DNA of 31,027 bases from a virus (Duplodnaviria > Caudoviricetes), in IMG/VR virus record IMGVR_UViG_3300043185_000016, positions 1-31,027 of that record; one strand, given 5' to 3'. Shown one piece after another: positions 8,354 through 18,308 of the stretch. How positions within the stretch are numbered: the stretch's first letter is position 1; every line of letters begins with the position of its first letter. The notes below the pieces were generated by a model, which was not told the origin of the DNA, made no database searches, and worked only from the letters and a program-made list of their open reading frames with translations. A program made the position numbers and the translations under genes.

Positions 8354-8971
8354 GTGGCGCGAGTCGCCTACGTCGATCTGGTGCTGACCGTCACGACGGC
8401 GGGGACGATCTTCGGCACGGCATTGACGGCCGGCGCGAAGCAAGTGTCGCATCTGCCTCTGCCGTCGCTCGTGCTGCAACCGGAGCCCGTGGTCGTAAAC
8501 GATCCCGCCTACTTCATGTTGATCGACATGGGTCAGCGCGGGATCGCGATCTTCACGTCCAGATGGGTGCCGACCGCGCCTCCGGCAACTCCCAATCTCG
8601 TCCTGTGCGACGGCTTCGACACGGGCATGGTGACCGTTCACGGCGGCGCCTTCTTCGAGACGACTGCGGCTCGCAGCTGGACATTGGCCACGAGCATCGC
8701 GCCATCGCCGCCCCCTGAGGCGATCATCCCCGTCGGCTCGAAAATCTACATCGGCTACGAAGGAGACCAGCTCTTGGCAACCAAATCAGTTGAAACGCTC
8801 GCAACGACCAGCGTGTCCAAGCTCGCCGTCACGACGGCCGGCAACGACCTGACGCTCACCGCCATGATCCAGTTCGACAATACCAAGAGTGAGACACAGA
8901 TCATGTCGGCCATCGAGAAGTGCAAGCTTGCGGTGCAGGAGTACCTGAGCAGCGTCACGCTCTCTGGATAG
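8354..8971 (+). CDS. Hypothetical protein, probably virion structural
   Basis: 205 aa ORF with GAGG RBS between decoration and tail tubular genes; no family recognised. Confidence 0.65.
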   Translation: MARVAYVDLVLTVTTAGTIFGTALTAGAKQVSHLPLPSLVLQPEPVVVNDPAYFMLIDMGQRGIAIFTSRWVPTAPPATPNLVLCDGFDTGMVTVHGGAFFETTAARSWTLATSIAPSPPPEAIIPVGSKIYIGYEGDQLLATKSVETLATTSVSKLAVTTAGNDLTLTAMIQFDNTKSETQIMSAIEKCKLAVQEYLSSVTLSG

Positions 8972-8993
8972 CGCGAGAGGCGCGGAGTAAAGC

Positions 8994-10034
8994 GTGGCAA
9001 TTCACGAAGTTGACATATGGAACAGAGCTCTGTCCCGCCTCGGGGACCTGCGCGCCATCGTCGAGGCCGGGATCGCCGCCTCGGGTGCGACGACCGCCAA
9101 TCCCGTTGTCGTCACGACGGCCACGCACGGCTATGCGGATGACGACCTCGTGATGCTGCGCGGCTTCTCGCCGCAGACCGCGCTGAACGGCCGCGTCTTC
9201 AAGATCGAGGAGCTCTCGACCACCACGTTCTCGCTTCTCGAAGAGGACGGCCTGCTCTATGGCACCTATGCGGCTGCCTCGGACTTCGCGCACCGGATCA
9301 CCGGGACCAAGGCCGTGCGCGCCTGCTTCGATGCGTGGACGGACATCCGGGACGAGGTGTTGCGCGCGCATCCCTGGAACTGCCTCATCAAGCGCTCGCG
9401 GCTCTCGCGGCTGGCGGCCTCGAAGACCGTCAGCTCGGCCACCGCCGCCAATCCCGTCGTCTGCACCACGAGCGCCGCGCACGGCTACAGCTCGGGCGAC
9501 ATCGTGCTCCTCGAAGGCTTCGACCAGATGACCGAGGTGAACGATCGCTACTTCACCATCGTCGTCGTCACCACGACCACCTTCCAGCTCGCGGGCGAGG
9601 ACGGGAGCGACTACACCGCCGAGAGCACGGGCGGCACCTCGAAGAAGGCGCTGACGCCGTTCACGCCCGACTCGGACTACGGGAACCGCTACGCGCTCCC
9701 GACCGACTCGCTGCGGATCCTCGAGCTCCCCGACGACCACGACGAGGAGTGGACGATCGAAGGCGACTGGCTGCTGACGGACGCCGGGATCACCGTGCCC
9801 ATCCGCTACATCCAGCGGGTGCAGGATCCGACGCAGTACGAGCCGCTCCTCGTCTCGGCACTCTCGGCCCGGCTGGCCGTCGAGCTGGCCGAGGAGCTGA
9901 CGCAAAGCAACAACAAGCGCGATCTCGCCGCCCGCGAGTACGAGGAGATCCTCGACAAGGCGCGGCAGACCGACGCGCTCGAAGACAGCGCCAAGCCCTA
10001 CGAAGAAGACGATTGGGTACGTGCGAGGCTCTAG
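8994..10034 (+). CDS. Tail tubular protein A (adaptor) with two inserted E1-FCCH-like domains
   Basis: Core motifs VDIWNRALSRLG, RDEVLRAHPWNCLIKR, YALPTDSLRI, LVSALSARLAVELA; two inserts NPVVVT..HGY..GD.V.L.G....LN.R.F.I....TTTF.L. Confidence 0.88.
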   Translation: MAIHEVDIWNRALSRLGDLRAIVEAGIAASGATTANPVVVTTATHGYADDDLVMLRGFSPQTALNGRVFKIEELSTTTFSLLEEDGLLYGTYAAASDFAHRITGTKAVRACFDAWTDIRDEVLRAHPWNCLIKRSRLSRLAASKTVSSATAANPVVCTTSAAHGYSSGDIVLLEGFDQMTEVNDRYFTIVVVTTTTFQLAGEDGSDYTAESTGGTSKKALTPFTPDSDYGNRYALPTDSLRILELPDDHDEEWTIEGDWLLTDAGITVPIRYIQRVQDPTQYEPLLVSALSARLAVELAEELTQSNNKRDLAAREYEEILDKARQTDALEDSAKPYEEDDWVRARL

Positions 10035-12737
10035 ATGAGCAAAGCGAGTCCCATCCAGACGGCCTTCAACGCGGGCGAGCTATCGCCTCGGCTCGAAGGC
10101 CGCGTCGATCTGGAGAAGTACTCGAGCGGCTGCCGCACGCTCGAAAACTTCCTCCCGCTCGTGCAGGGCGGCGCGATGAAGAGGAGCGGCTTCCGCTTCG
10201 TGAAAGAGGTGAAGGACTCGGCCGCTGCGACGCGGCTCATTCCGTTCGAGTTCTCGACGGATCAGGCCTACGTGCTCGAGTTCGGGAACCTCTACATGCG
10301 CGTCTACTACGACTCGGGCGCAGCGCTTGAAGCCACCGTCGCGATCACGAGCACCACGAACGCCACGCCCGTCGTCGTCACCGCCACCGCTCACGGCTAC
10401 GCCAACGGCGATCAGGTCTTCATCACGGGCGTCGCGGGCGCCACGAGCCTCAACGCCAAGTACTACACGGTCGCGAACCAGGCGGCGAACACCTTCGAGC
10501 TATCGGGCACCACGGCGCCCGGATCAGCCGGCACAGGCGGCACGGTGGCGCGCGTCTTCACCCTCACGACACCCTACACGACGGCGAGCCTCGACTCGCT
10601 CTACACCGCGCAGTCGGCCGACGTGCTCTACATCGCGAGTCCGTTGTTTGCGCCGCGCAAGCTCGAGCGCACCGGGAACACGAGCTGGACGCTGACGACG
10701 ATCGACTTCGACTGGCAGCCGTTTGCGGAGGAGAACCTCGACGAGGACTCGCTCGTCATCGCGACGGCGAAGACGGGCACGGTGACGCTCATCTCCTCGG
10801 CCGGCATCTTCGAGAGCGGGCACGTGGGCGGCTACTTCGCGCTCCGCGAGGTGTTCGAGTCTACTCAGCCTGAGTGGACGGCGGCGACCAATCCGGCCAC
10901 CAACTGGCAGCCCTACGCAGCGCTCGACGCGGGCCAGACCTACTGGTACGAGAGCAACGTCTACGAAGTGGTCGATCGCTTCGCCTCGACCACGCACGGC
11001 ATCAACCCGCCGGTTCACCGCGACGGCACGCACACCGACGGCAACACGCTTCTCAAGTACATCCACTCGGGCGAGGGCTACGCGCTCATCACGGCATTCA
11101 CCGACGCGAACCACGTGACGGCCAGCGTTGTGAAGCAGATCCCGGTGAGCCGCACGGACGCCGGGACCGCCATCACCGGGACGACGGCGGCGGATCCGGT
11201 CGTGGTGACGGCTACGGCGCACGGCTTCGAGACGGGCGATCAGGTATGGATCCAAGGCGTCACGACGGCGGACGAGCTGAACAATCGCCTCTTCACGATC
11301 ACGCGCCTCACCGCGAACACCTTCGAGCTGGACGACGAGGACGGGACCACCTACGGCGCAGGTACAGGCGGGACCGTCTACCTGATGGATACGGGGGACG
11401 GCGCGATCGTGGCGGCTACGCCGCGCGTGGGCAAGGACTCGTCTCTCTGGTCCTTCGGCGCCTGGTCGAGTGCCCGCGGCTTTCCTCGCTGCGTGACCTT
11501 CTTCGAGGACCGACTCTGGTGGGCGTCGAGCGACGCCGAGCCTCAGACGCTCTGGGCCTCGCGGACGAGCAACTACGAGGATCACGAGGAGATCGACGAG
11601 GACGACGGCGCGCTGCTCCTCACCCTCAACACCGACACGGTGAACAAGATCGAGTGGCTCTCCGCCGGAACAGTGCTCGTCATCGGCACAGCGGGCGGCG
11701 AGTTCGTCCTGTCCTCGGACGCCACGGGCGCCGCTCTCACCGCCAACAACGTCCGCGCCGTGCGCCACTCGGCCTACGGCACCCGCGAGAACGTCCATCC
11801 CGTTCGCATCGAGCAGGTGGTGCTCTTCGTGCAGCGCGCCGGCCGCGTGGTGCGCGAGTTCGTCTTCGACGACTCTACCAACAGCTTCCTCGCACCTGAC
11901 TTGACGGTTCTCGCCGATCACATTGCACTTGCGCAGATCAAGCACCTCGCCTTCCAGCAGGAGCCGCGGCGCATCGTGTGGGCCTGCCTCGACGATGGGC
12001 AATTGATCGGCCTCACCTACGAGCGCGCGCAGGAAGTCGTCGGCTGGCACCGGCACCCGGTGGGCGGCACCTTCTCGGGCGGGATCGCGCAGGTCGAATC
12101 CATCGCCGTCATCCCGCATCCGAACGGGAACCAGGATCAGCTCTGGGCGATCGTGAAGCGCACGATCAACAGCGTGACCAAGCGCTACATCGAGTTCCTC
12201 GAAGAGGAGTGGGTGCGCAGCGGCTCGATCGAGGACGCCTTCTTCGTCGACTCGGGGCTCTCGCGCGACAGCTCGCCCACCGTCACGATCAGCGGGCTCG
12301 AGCACCTCGAAGGCCAGACGGTGCGCGTGCTCGGGGACGGGCTCGTGCAGGCCGACAAGACCGTCGCGAGCGGCGCCATCACGATCACGAGCGCGAGCGT
12401 CGTCCACGTCGGGCTCGCCTACGACAGCGCCCTCGAAACCATGCGCTTCGAGGCCGGCGCCCGGGACGGAACCGCGCAGGGCAAGACCAAGCGCATCACC
12501 GACGTGACGCTGCGGCTCGACCAGACGGGGCGCGGGCTCTCGTTCGGGCCGGATGCCGACCACGTGGACCCGCTCGTGACACTCGCGGCCGGCGAGCTCT
12601 TCGACGGCGACACGGACTTCTTGAAGTGGCCCGGGGGCTACGAGACGCCGGCGCGGGTCTACCTCGTCCACACCGATCCGCTTCCCTGCACGGTGACGGC
12701 GATCATGCCCACGCTAGTGACGCAGGACCGCGGCTAG
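10035..12737 (+). CDS. Tail tubular protein B (nozzle) with two FCCH-like inserts and a CBM-like insert
   Basis: QTAFNAGELSPRLEGRVD, QGGAMKRSG, RLIPFEFS, GFPRCVTFFEDRLWW, VVGWHRH, GLEHLEGQTV. Confidence 0.92.
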   Translation: MSKASPIQTAFNAGELSPRLEGRVDLEKYSSGCRTLENFLPLVQGGAMKRSGFRFVKEVKDSAAATRLIPFEFSTDQAYVLEFGNLYMRVYYDSGAALEATVAITSTTNATPVVVTATAHGYANGDQVFITGVAGATSLNAKYYTVANQAANTFELSGTTAPGSAGTGGTVARVFTLTTPYTTASLDSLYTAQSADVLYIASPLFAPRKLERTGNTSWTLTTIDFDWQPFAEENLDEDSLVIATAKTGTVTLISSAGIFESGHVGGYFALREVFESTQPEWTAATNPATNWQPYAALDAGQTYWYESNVYEVVDRFASTTHGINPPVHRDGTHTDGNTLLKYIHSGEGYALITAFTDANHVTASVVKQIPVSRTDAGTAITGTTAADPVVVTATAHGFETGDQVWIQGVTTADELNNRLFTITRLTANTFELDDEDGTTYGAGTGGTVYLMDTGDGAIVAATPRVGKDSSLWSFGAWSSARGFPRCVTFFEDRLWWASSDAEPQTLWASRTSNYEDHEEIDEDDGALLLTLNTDTVNKIEWLSAGTVLVIGTAGGEFVLSSDATGAALTANNVRAVRHSAYGTRENVHPVRIEQVVLFVQRAGRVVREFVFDDSTNSFLAPDLTVLADHIALAQIKHLAFQQEPRRIVWACLDDGQLIGLTYERAQEVVGWHRHPVGGTFSGGIAQVESIAVIPHPNGNQDQLWAIVKRTINSVTKRYIEFLEEEWVRSGSIEDAFFVDSGLSRDSSPTVTISGLEHLEGQTVRVLGDGLVQADKTVASGAITITSASVVHVGLAYDSALETMRFEAGARDGTAQGKTKRITDVTLRLDQTGRGLSFGPDADHVDPLVTLAAGELFDGDTDFLKWPGGYETPARVYLVHTDPLPCTVTAIMPTLVTQDRG

Positions 12738-13186
12738 TGGGCGCCGCCCAGCAGATGATTGCGCCGCTCGTGGCCGGGCTCCAGCTCGGCGGCGGCGTTC
12801 TCGAAGGACGCTCGGCCAAGGCCGAGGCGGGCGCCGTCTCCGATGCCGCGCTCTACAACCGCCAGCTCGCTCTGCGCGAGGGCTCGCGCGAGGAGGCGCG
12901 GCGCCGCAAGATCGGCCGTCTGGCGCTCGGCGAGCAGCGGGCGCAGATGGGAGCGAGCGGCCTGGCGCCCTCGGGCTCGCCGCTTCGGGCGCTTGCGGCC
13001 AACGCCTACGAGTATGAGCGATCGGCGCTCGATGCCCGGCTCGAAGCGCAGGGCACAGCGAACCTCGAAGCGGCGCGCGCGGCCAGTGCGAAGCAGATCG
13101 GCAAGCGCGCGAAGACGGCGGCGCTCTTCGGGGGCGCGGCCCGGGCGGCGGGCTACGGGCTCCCGCTCTACGTCGGGAGGCGCTAG
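12737..13186 (+). CDS. Small internal virion (ejection) protein, T7 gp14-like
   Basis: TAGTG overlap start (alternative ATG 12755); Gly/Ala-rich ends, GEQRAQMGASGL..SGSPL motif; 3' part of ORF 11978..13186. Confidence 0.8.
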   Translation: MGAAQQMIAPLVAGLQLGGGVLEGRSAKAEAGAVSDAALYNRQLALREGSREEARRRKIGRLALGEQRAQMGASGLAPSGSPLRALAANAYEYERSALDARLEAQGTANLEAARAASAKQIGKRAKTAALFGGAARAAGYGLPLYVGRR

Positions 13187-14778
13187 TGCCGAAGATCCCG
13201 CAGTTCGTGGCCGGGCCGGCAAGCAGCGGACGTCGGGCGACGGCGCTCGACTTCGGCGGCGATCAGGGCCTCTCGGCCACCGCGGGCGCCTTCGATGAGG
13301 CGGCAGAGGCCGGCGCGCGAATCGACGCGGCCTATCGCGGGGCGCTGCGCTCGAGGGTCGCCATGGAGGCGTCGGCCGAGATCGACGCGCTCGCGACGGA
13401 CCTCGAGGGCTCGCCCGACTGGCCGCGGGCCGAGAAGCGCTTCGAGGAGGAGCGGGCGAAGATCGTCGAGCGGCACTCGAAGGGGCTCCAGTTCCCGGCC
13501 GACCGCGAGGCGTTCGAGCAGGAGATTTTCCCGGGCGTCGAGCGCACGCGCCTGGGCGTGCGGCGCTTCGTGCGCGAGCGGCAGATCGACGAGTCGCTTG
13601 CCGCCCTCGAAGGCACGCTCCAGAAGGGCGCCGACCTGACGATCCGGGCACGGACACCCGAGAGCCGCGAGGCCACGCGCTCGCTCGTCGGACGCGCGAT
13701 CGGGCGGGCGCAGGCGGGCGGCGTGCTAACGGCCGAGCAGGCCGGCGAGATGGCCGACCGCTTCGACGCCGAGGTGGCCGAGGGCTCACTGCGGGAGGCG
13801 CTCCGGGTGGACCCGGCAGGAACTTACCGGCGGCTCTCGGACCCGAACGACGAGCTGGCCCGGACTCTCCCGGAGGTGAAGCGCCAGGCGTGGCTCGGGC
13901 ACGCGCTCGAAGCCGTCGAGTCGGACCTGCGGCAGAGGCGATCGGACGAGGCGGCCGAACGGGCGGCGGCTGAGCGCTTCGAGCAGAACCAGCGCGAATC
14001 CGCCCTCGAAAAGGGCGACGAAGTGCTCGCTCAGCGTGACCCTCTAGCCCTGCAAGCCTTTCTGCGCGAGAACTGGTCTGTGCTCTCTCATGAGGACAGG
14101 AAGTTCTACCAGGGGCGGCTGGAGCAGGGCGGCGGCTTCACAGACAAGGAGAGCGACCGCGGCGCCTACGTCGATCTCTTCGAGCGGGCGTCCAAGGGTG
14201 AGGTGGGACCGACTGAGATCGACACCGCGTTCCGCCTTGAACAGATCAACAAGAGCGACCGGGACTCGCTCATCCGGCTCCAGAGTGAGGCGCGGTTCAA
14301 GGACGCGGCTCGGTTTCTATCGGATGCCCTCATCATCGTGGAGAAGGACGATCCTGCGGCCCGGAGACTTTCGGCCGAGGCCGAAGAAAGTTTCGCTTCG
14401 TGGGCGCTCAGTAACCCGGAGGCCACTCGCGAGGACGCCATGTCGAAGGCGCGGGAGATCGCGGTCCGGTCTGCCCGATTCGAGCACGCCAACAAGACGA
14501 GCTCCATGCTCCTTCCCAAGTTCGTGACCGACCGCCAGATCCTCAAGGCCGGCGCGGACTGGGGCCACACGCTGAAAGAGTCGGATCGCCAGACGACCGC
14601 TCACTACCTCGCCCGGCACGGATTCACCGACCTGGCCGAGCCCGGCGCGGAGGCCGCGCTTGCGGCGGACGATGAGTACCAGCGCGAGCTGGCTCTCAGC
14701 GAGGACTGGTTCGACGAGCTGACGAGGGCTGATGAGCGCCTGCGGCACACCGAGGAGACTCAGAGTGCCGGTCGCTAG
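13186..14778 (+). CDS. Internal virion (ejection) protein, middle
   Basis: MPKIP start, helical 530 aa, second of three genes after tail tubular B. Confidence 0.7.
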   Translation: MPKIPQFVAGPASSGRRATALDFGGDQGLSATAGAFDEAAEAGARIDAAYRGALRSRVAMEASAEIDALATDLEGSPDWPRAEKRFEEERAKIVERHSKGLQFPADREAFEQEIFPGVERTRLGVRRFVRERQIDESLAALEGTLQKGADLTIRARTPESREATRSLVGRAIGRAQAGGVLTAEQAGEMADRFDAEVAEGSLREALRVDPAGTYRRLSDPNDELARTLPEVKRQAWLGHALEAVESDLRQRRSDEAAERAAAERFEQNQRESALEKGDEVLAQRDPLALQAFLRENWSVLSHEDRKFYQGRLEQGGGFTDKESDRGAYVDLFERASKGEVGPTEIDTAFRLEQINKSDRDSLIRLQSEARFKDAARFLSDALIIVEKDDPAARRLSAEAEESFASWALSNPEATREDAMSKAREIAVRSARFEHANKTSSMLLPKFVTDRQILKAGADWGHTLKESDRQTTAHYLARHGFTDLAEPGAEAALAADDEYQRELALSEDWFDELTRADERLRHTEETQSAGR

Positions 14779-17700
14779 CCCACTCGCGATGGACCCGAAC
14801 GAGCCCGATCTGGAGGCGGCGCACGTCCGCAAGGTCGAGTTCCTGCGCCGGCAGCGGGCGATGGACCGCGTGCGTCGGTCGTGGGAGGAGCAGCCGCGGG
14901 CACCGGGAGGCGAGGTCGGCGGGGCCGGGTTCGAGCAGGGCGCACGCGAGGCGGGCGAGGAGGCCCAGCGAGGCGCCGGGCGGATGGCGGCAGGAGCGGC
15001 GAAGGACGTGGCGCGCGGGGCCATCGAAGGCCCGACGCAGGCCGCGGGCGGCTTCTTCGACGCCGTGAAAGAGACGGCCGACGCTGTTAGCGACTTCAAC
15101 ACCTGGCTGGAAGAGACGGTGGGGCCGAATCCCGTCTCGGAAGCCGCAGGCGCCCTTGCCGAGCCTGTGGGACTCGCGATCGAGCTGCTTCCCGATATCG
15201 AGGAGCCCGTGACGACGACGGGCGCACTCGTGCGCGGCGCCTCGCAGTTCCTGACCGGCTTCATGGGCTCGGGCCGCATCAAGGCGATTCAGAAGCTCGC
15301 CGAGGCGGGCCGGGCCGGTGCCCTCTCTGCGCCCTTCCTGCGCGGAGCACTTGCCGACATGGTGGTCTTCGATCCGAGCGAGGAGCGGCTGTCGAACCTC
15401 GTGCAGCAGGTTCCGGCGCTGGAAAACCCGGTGAGCGAGTTCCTGGCTGCCTCGCCGGATGACTCGGCCGCCGCGGGCCGGTTGAAGACGGCCGCCGAGG
15501 GTCTCGGACTCGGTGCTATCGCCGAGGGCCTGGTGCGTGGCCTGCGCGCCATGCGCAGCGGACGCGCCGTGGCCCAGCAAGCCGAGCCCGTCGTGAAGCA
15601 GCTCGTGGACACCACGAACGCGCAGAAGGCGAAGCTCGCTCAGCTTCTCGGCGACCCGGCCGGGCCGGCGCTCGAAGTGCGCGTCCCTGACGTGCCGGCC
15701 GAGGAAGCCGCCGCCGCAGTGGCCGCCGGCAAAGGCGAGGCCCGCGAAGTCTTCATCAACTGGTCCCGCATCAGCTCGCCCGAAGACGTGAAGGCTGTCA
15801 TGCAGGAGATGGCCGACGCCTTCGAGCCGGGCATCAAGAAGGCCCAGCGCGGCGTGCGCTCGTGGGAGCAGACGAAGCTCTCGGCCGAGCAGAAGGACGC
15901 CTGGCAGATTCTCGCCGAGCGCCGTGTGGGCGAGCCGCTGAACGCCGAGCAGAGCGTGGCGGTGCGGGAGCTCTGGGCGCAGTCGGCGGCACGCTTGAAG
16001 GGGCTCGCGCAGGAGGTGGTGGCCGACCCGCAGAGCGAGCTCAATCAAATCGCCTTCCGCCGGATGCTCGGCATCCACGCGGCGGTGCAGGAGCAGGTGA
16101 TTGCGGCGCGTACCGAGACGGCGCGTGCCCTCAACTCGTGGGCCATCCCTGCCGGTGACGCTGTGACGTTCTCGGGGCAAATGGATCAACTGAAGGGCCT
16201 GCTCCAGTCCGAGTCGCGTTCGACGCAGGAGATCGCGAGCGGCCTCCTGCGGCTGGCCGATGCCGGGATGGAGAAGGAGGCCACCTGGTTCACGCGCGCG
16301 GTGGCTGCGGGACGCATCGGATCCGACATGGTGCGGCAGCTCTGGTACGGCTCGCTACTATCGGGCCTGCACACGCACGCGCGGAACATGCTCTCGAACA
16401 CCGCCGTTCTCGGCCAGCAGCTCATGGAACGCAAGGCCGCGAACCTGATCGGGCGTGCGCTCGGGCGCGAGTACGTCGCGAACGGCGAAGCGACGGCGCA
16501 GACCTTCGGCATGTTGCAGGGTTTCCGGGATGCGCTGCGCATGAGCGCGAAGGGACGCCAGGTCTACGCTGCGGCACTTGCGAAGCGCGCGGCGGGCGAC
16601 GTGGACGGGGCGAGCACGCTCTTGGCCGAGAACGCGGGCGAGGTGGGCGGCGCCTACAAGACGGCTCTCACCGGACAGACGAGCGGCGCCGGCAAGGTCG
16701 AGATGCCGATGCAGGGCGCCTTCGACCCGGAGAAGCTCGGGCTCTCGCGCACCTCGCCGGTGGGCCGTGTCTTCGACTGGATCGACACCGCAACGACGGC
16801 GCCGACGCGGGCGCTCGCTGTCGAGGACGAGATTTTCAAGAGCGCCAACGCCCGGGCCGAGCTGAACGCGCAGGCGTTCCGACAGGCGAGCCGAGAGGTC
16901 GAGACGGGCGTGATTCCGCCTGACCGCTTTACCGATCGACTCACGACCCTGCGGAACGATCCCGATGAGAACTTGCGGCTGCTCTCGCGAATGTCGGCCG
17001 AGGTGAACACGTTCGCGAACGAGCCGCTCGCCACGAAGAGCTGGAAAAGTTTCAAGGCCGTCGGCGAGTTCCCGGTTATCGGCCGGATCGTTCTGCCCTT
17101 CCGCCGCACGCCCTACAACATCTTCGCTTACGGCTTTGAGCGGACTCTGCTCGCACCGCTCGTGCGCCGCTGGCGTGAGGACGTGTTCGCAGGCGGCGCG
17201 CGCCGTGACCTGGCGATGGCGAAGTTCCTGACGGGCAACGCCGTGCTCGCCGTCTTCGCCGACATGGCGATGAAGGGCGACATCACCGGCAAAGGCCCGG
17301 AGCACGCGGGCGAAAGCGCATCTCTGCGACGGCAGGGCATCCCGGCGAATAGCTTCCGCGTGCAGATCGGCACCGAGCGAAACGGCGCTCCGATCTACCG
17401 CTGGTTCAGCTACCGCGGCCTGGAGCCCGTCGGGACGCAGATCGGGCTTGCGGCTAACATCACCGAGATCCTTCGCGAAAAGTGGAAGGACGACAATCCT
17501 GAGGTGGACGAGCTGGTGATTGCAGCCTCCATGGCGATCGCGAATCAGCTCACCTTCGCCACCTTCATGACCGGCCCGGCCGATTTCGTCGAGATGATGA
17601 GCGACTCGCGCCGCTACGGGGAGAACTGGTGGGAGCGCCTCGTGGGCTCGGCCGTCCCGACGGGCGTGGCGCAGTTCGCGCGCTCGAGTGATCCCTACGT

Positions 17701-18292
17701 CCGCGCCGTCGAGGACATGGGCGATGCGCTGCGGGCGAGGACGCCGGGACTTTCGAAAGACCTGCCACCGCTTCGCGACCTGTGGGGGCGCCCGATCAAG
17801 CGCACGGCCGAGATGGGCACGCTCTACGACTTCGTATCGCCGATTGCGAGTCAGCGAGAAAGCGCGGAGCCAATCGACCTCGAGCTCGAGCGGCTGGAGT
17901 TCTACCCGGAGATGCCGCAGCGCTCCGTCGGGCTCGACGGCGTGAAAATCGACCTGACGGACCGGCCCAGGGAGTACAGCCGCTACGTCGAGCTGGCGGG
18001 TGGCGCGCTCAAGGAAGAGGTGAGTGGCGCACCCGTGCGCACGCAGGGCTACGAGAGCGAGGGCATGGGGCTCATGAAGGAGCTGAACGCGATCGTGACG
18101 GGCAAGCATCAAAGCTCCTCGCTCTACGACGCACTCTCCGGGGGACCGGATGGCGGCAAGGCTTCGCTCATCGACGCCATCATCAAAGCGCACCGGGCGG
18201 CGGCGCGGGAACAGCTCCTCGTCGAGTTTCCCGCACTCGCCGCGGAAGTCGAACAGAAGAAGCTCACGAAGCCGCCGCGCTTCGCGGAGTGA
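14765..18292 (+). CDS. Large internal virion (ejection) protein
   Basis: About 1175 aa helical; GAGGAG RBS before GTG 14765; LLSGLHTHARN, LPFRRTPYNI, SYRGLEPVG, RDLWGRP motifs of large podophage ejection proteins. Confidence 0.78.
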   Translation: MPVASPLAMDPNEPDLEAAHVRKVEFLRRQRAMDRVRRSWEEQPRAPGGEVGGAGFEQGAREAGEEAQRGAGRMAAGAAKDVARGAIEGPTQAAGGFFDAVKETADAVSDFNTWLEETVGPNPVSEAAGALAEPVGLAIELLPDIEEPVTTTGALVRGASQFLTGFMGSGRIKAIQKLAEAGRAGALSAPFLRGALADMVVFDPSEERLSNLVQQVPALENPVSEFLAASPDDSAAAGRLKTAAEGLGLGAIAEGLVRGLRAMRSGRAVAQQAEPVVKQLVDTTNAQKAKLAQLLGDPAGPALEVRVPDVPAEEAAAAVAAGKGEAREVFINWSRISSPEDVKAVMQEMADAFEPGIKKAQRGVRSWEQTKLSAEQKDAWQILAERRVGEPLNAEQSVAVRELWAQSAARLKGLAQEVVADPQSELNQIAFRRMLGIHAAVQEQVIAARTETARALNSWAIPAGDAVTFSGQMDQLKGLLQSESRSTQEIASGLLRLADAGMEKEATWFTRAVAAGRIGSDMVRQLWYGSLLSGLHTHARNMLSNTAVLGQQLMERKAANLIGRALGREYVANGEATAQTFGMLQGFRDALRMSAKGRQVYAAALAKRAAGDVDGASTLLAENAGEVGGAYKTALTGQTSGAGKVEMPMQGAFDPEKLGLSRTSPVGRVFDWIDTATTAPTRALAVEDEIFKSANARAELNAQAFRQASREVETGVIPPDRFTDRLTTLRNDPDENLRLLSRMSAEVNTFANEPLATKSWKSFKAVGEFPVIGRIVLPFRRTPYNIFAYGFERTLLAPLVRRWREDVFAGGARRDLAMAKFLTGNAVLAVFADMAMKGDITGKGPEHAGESASLRRQGIPANSFRVQIGTERNGAPIYRWFSYRGLEPVGTQIGLAANITEILREKWKDDNPEVDELVIAASMAIANQLTFATFMTGPADFVEMMSDSRRYGENWWERLVGSAVPTGVAQFARSSDPYVRAVEDMGDALRARTPGLSKDLPPLRDLWGRPIKRTAEMGTLYDFVSPIASQRESAEPIDLELERLEFYPEMPQRSVGLDGVKIDLTDRPREYSRYVELAGGALKEEVSGAPVRTQGYESEGMGLMKELNAIVTGKHQSSSLYDALSGGPDGGKASLIDAIIKAHRAAAREQLLVEFPALAAEVEQKKLTKPPRFAE

Positions 18293-18308
18293 GAAGGGAG
18301 ACACGGAC

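Noticed and set aside
8994-12737. Phage ubiquitin-like conjugation system suggested by E1 FCCH-like domains
   Set aside because: No E1 adenylation domain, E2, ubiquitin-like or JAB gene is present; the modules are structural inserts in tail proteins.
6563-14778. Genome-wide TAG reassignment
   Set aside because: Genes ending in TAG have family-typical lengths and C-termini, and no internal TAG breaks conserved genes.
13186-18292. Lytic transglycosylase or RNA polymerase domain in ejection proteins
   Set aside because: No ES..G/GLMQ or polymerase motifs recognised.
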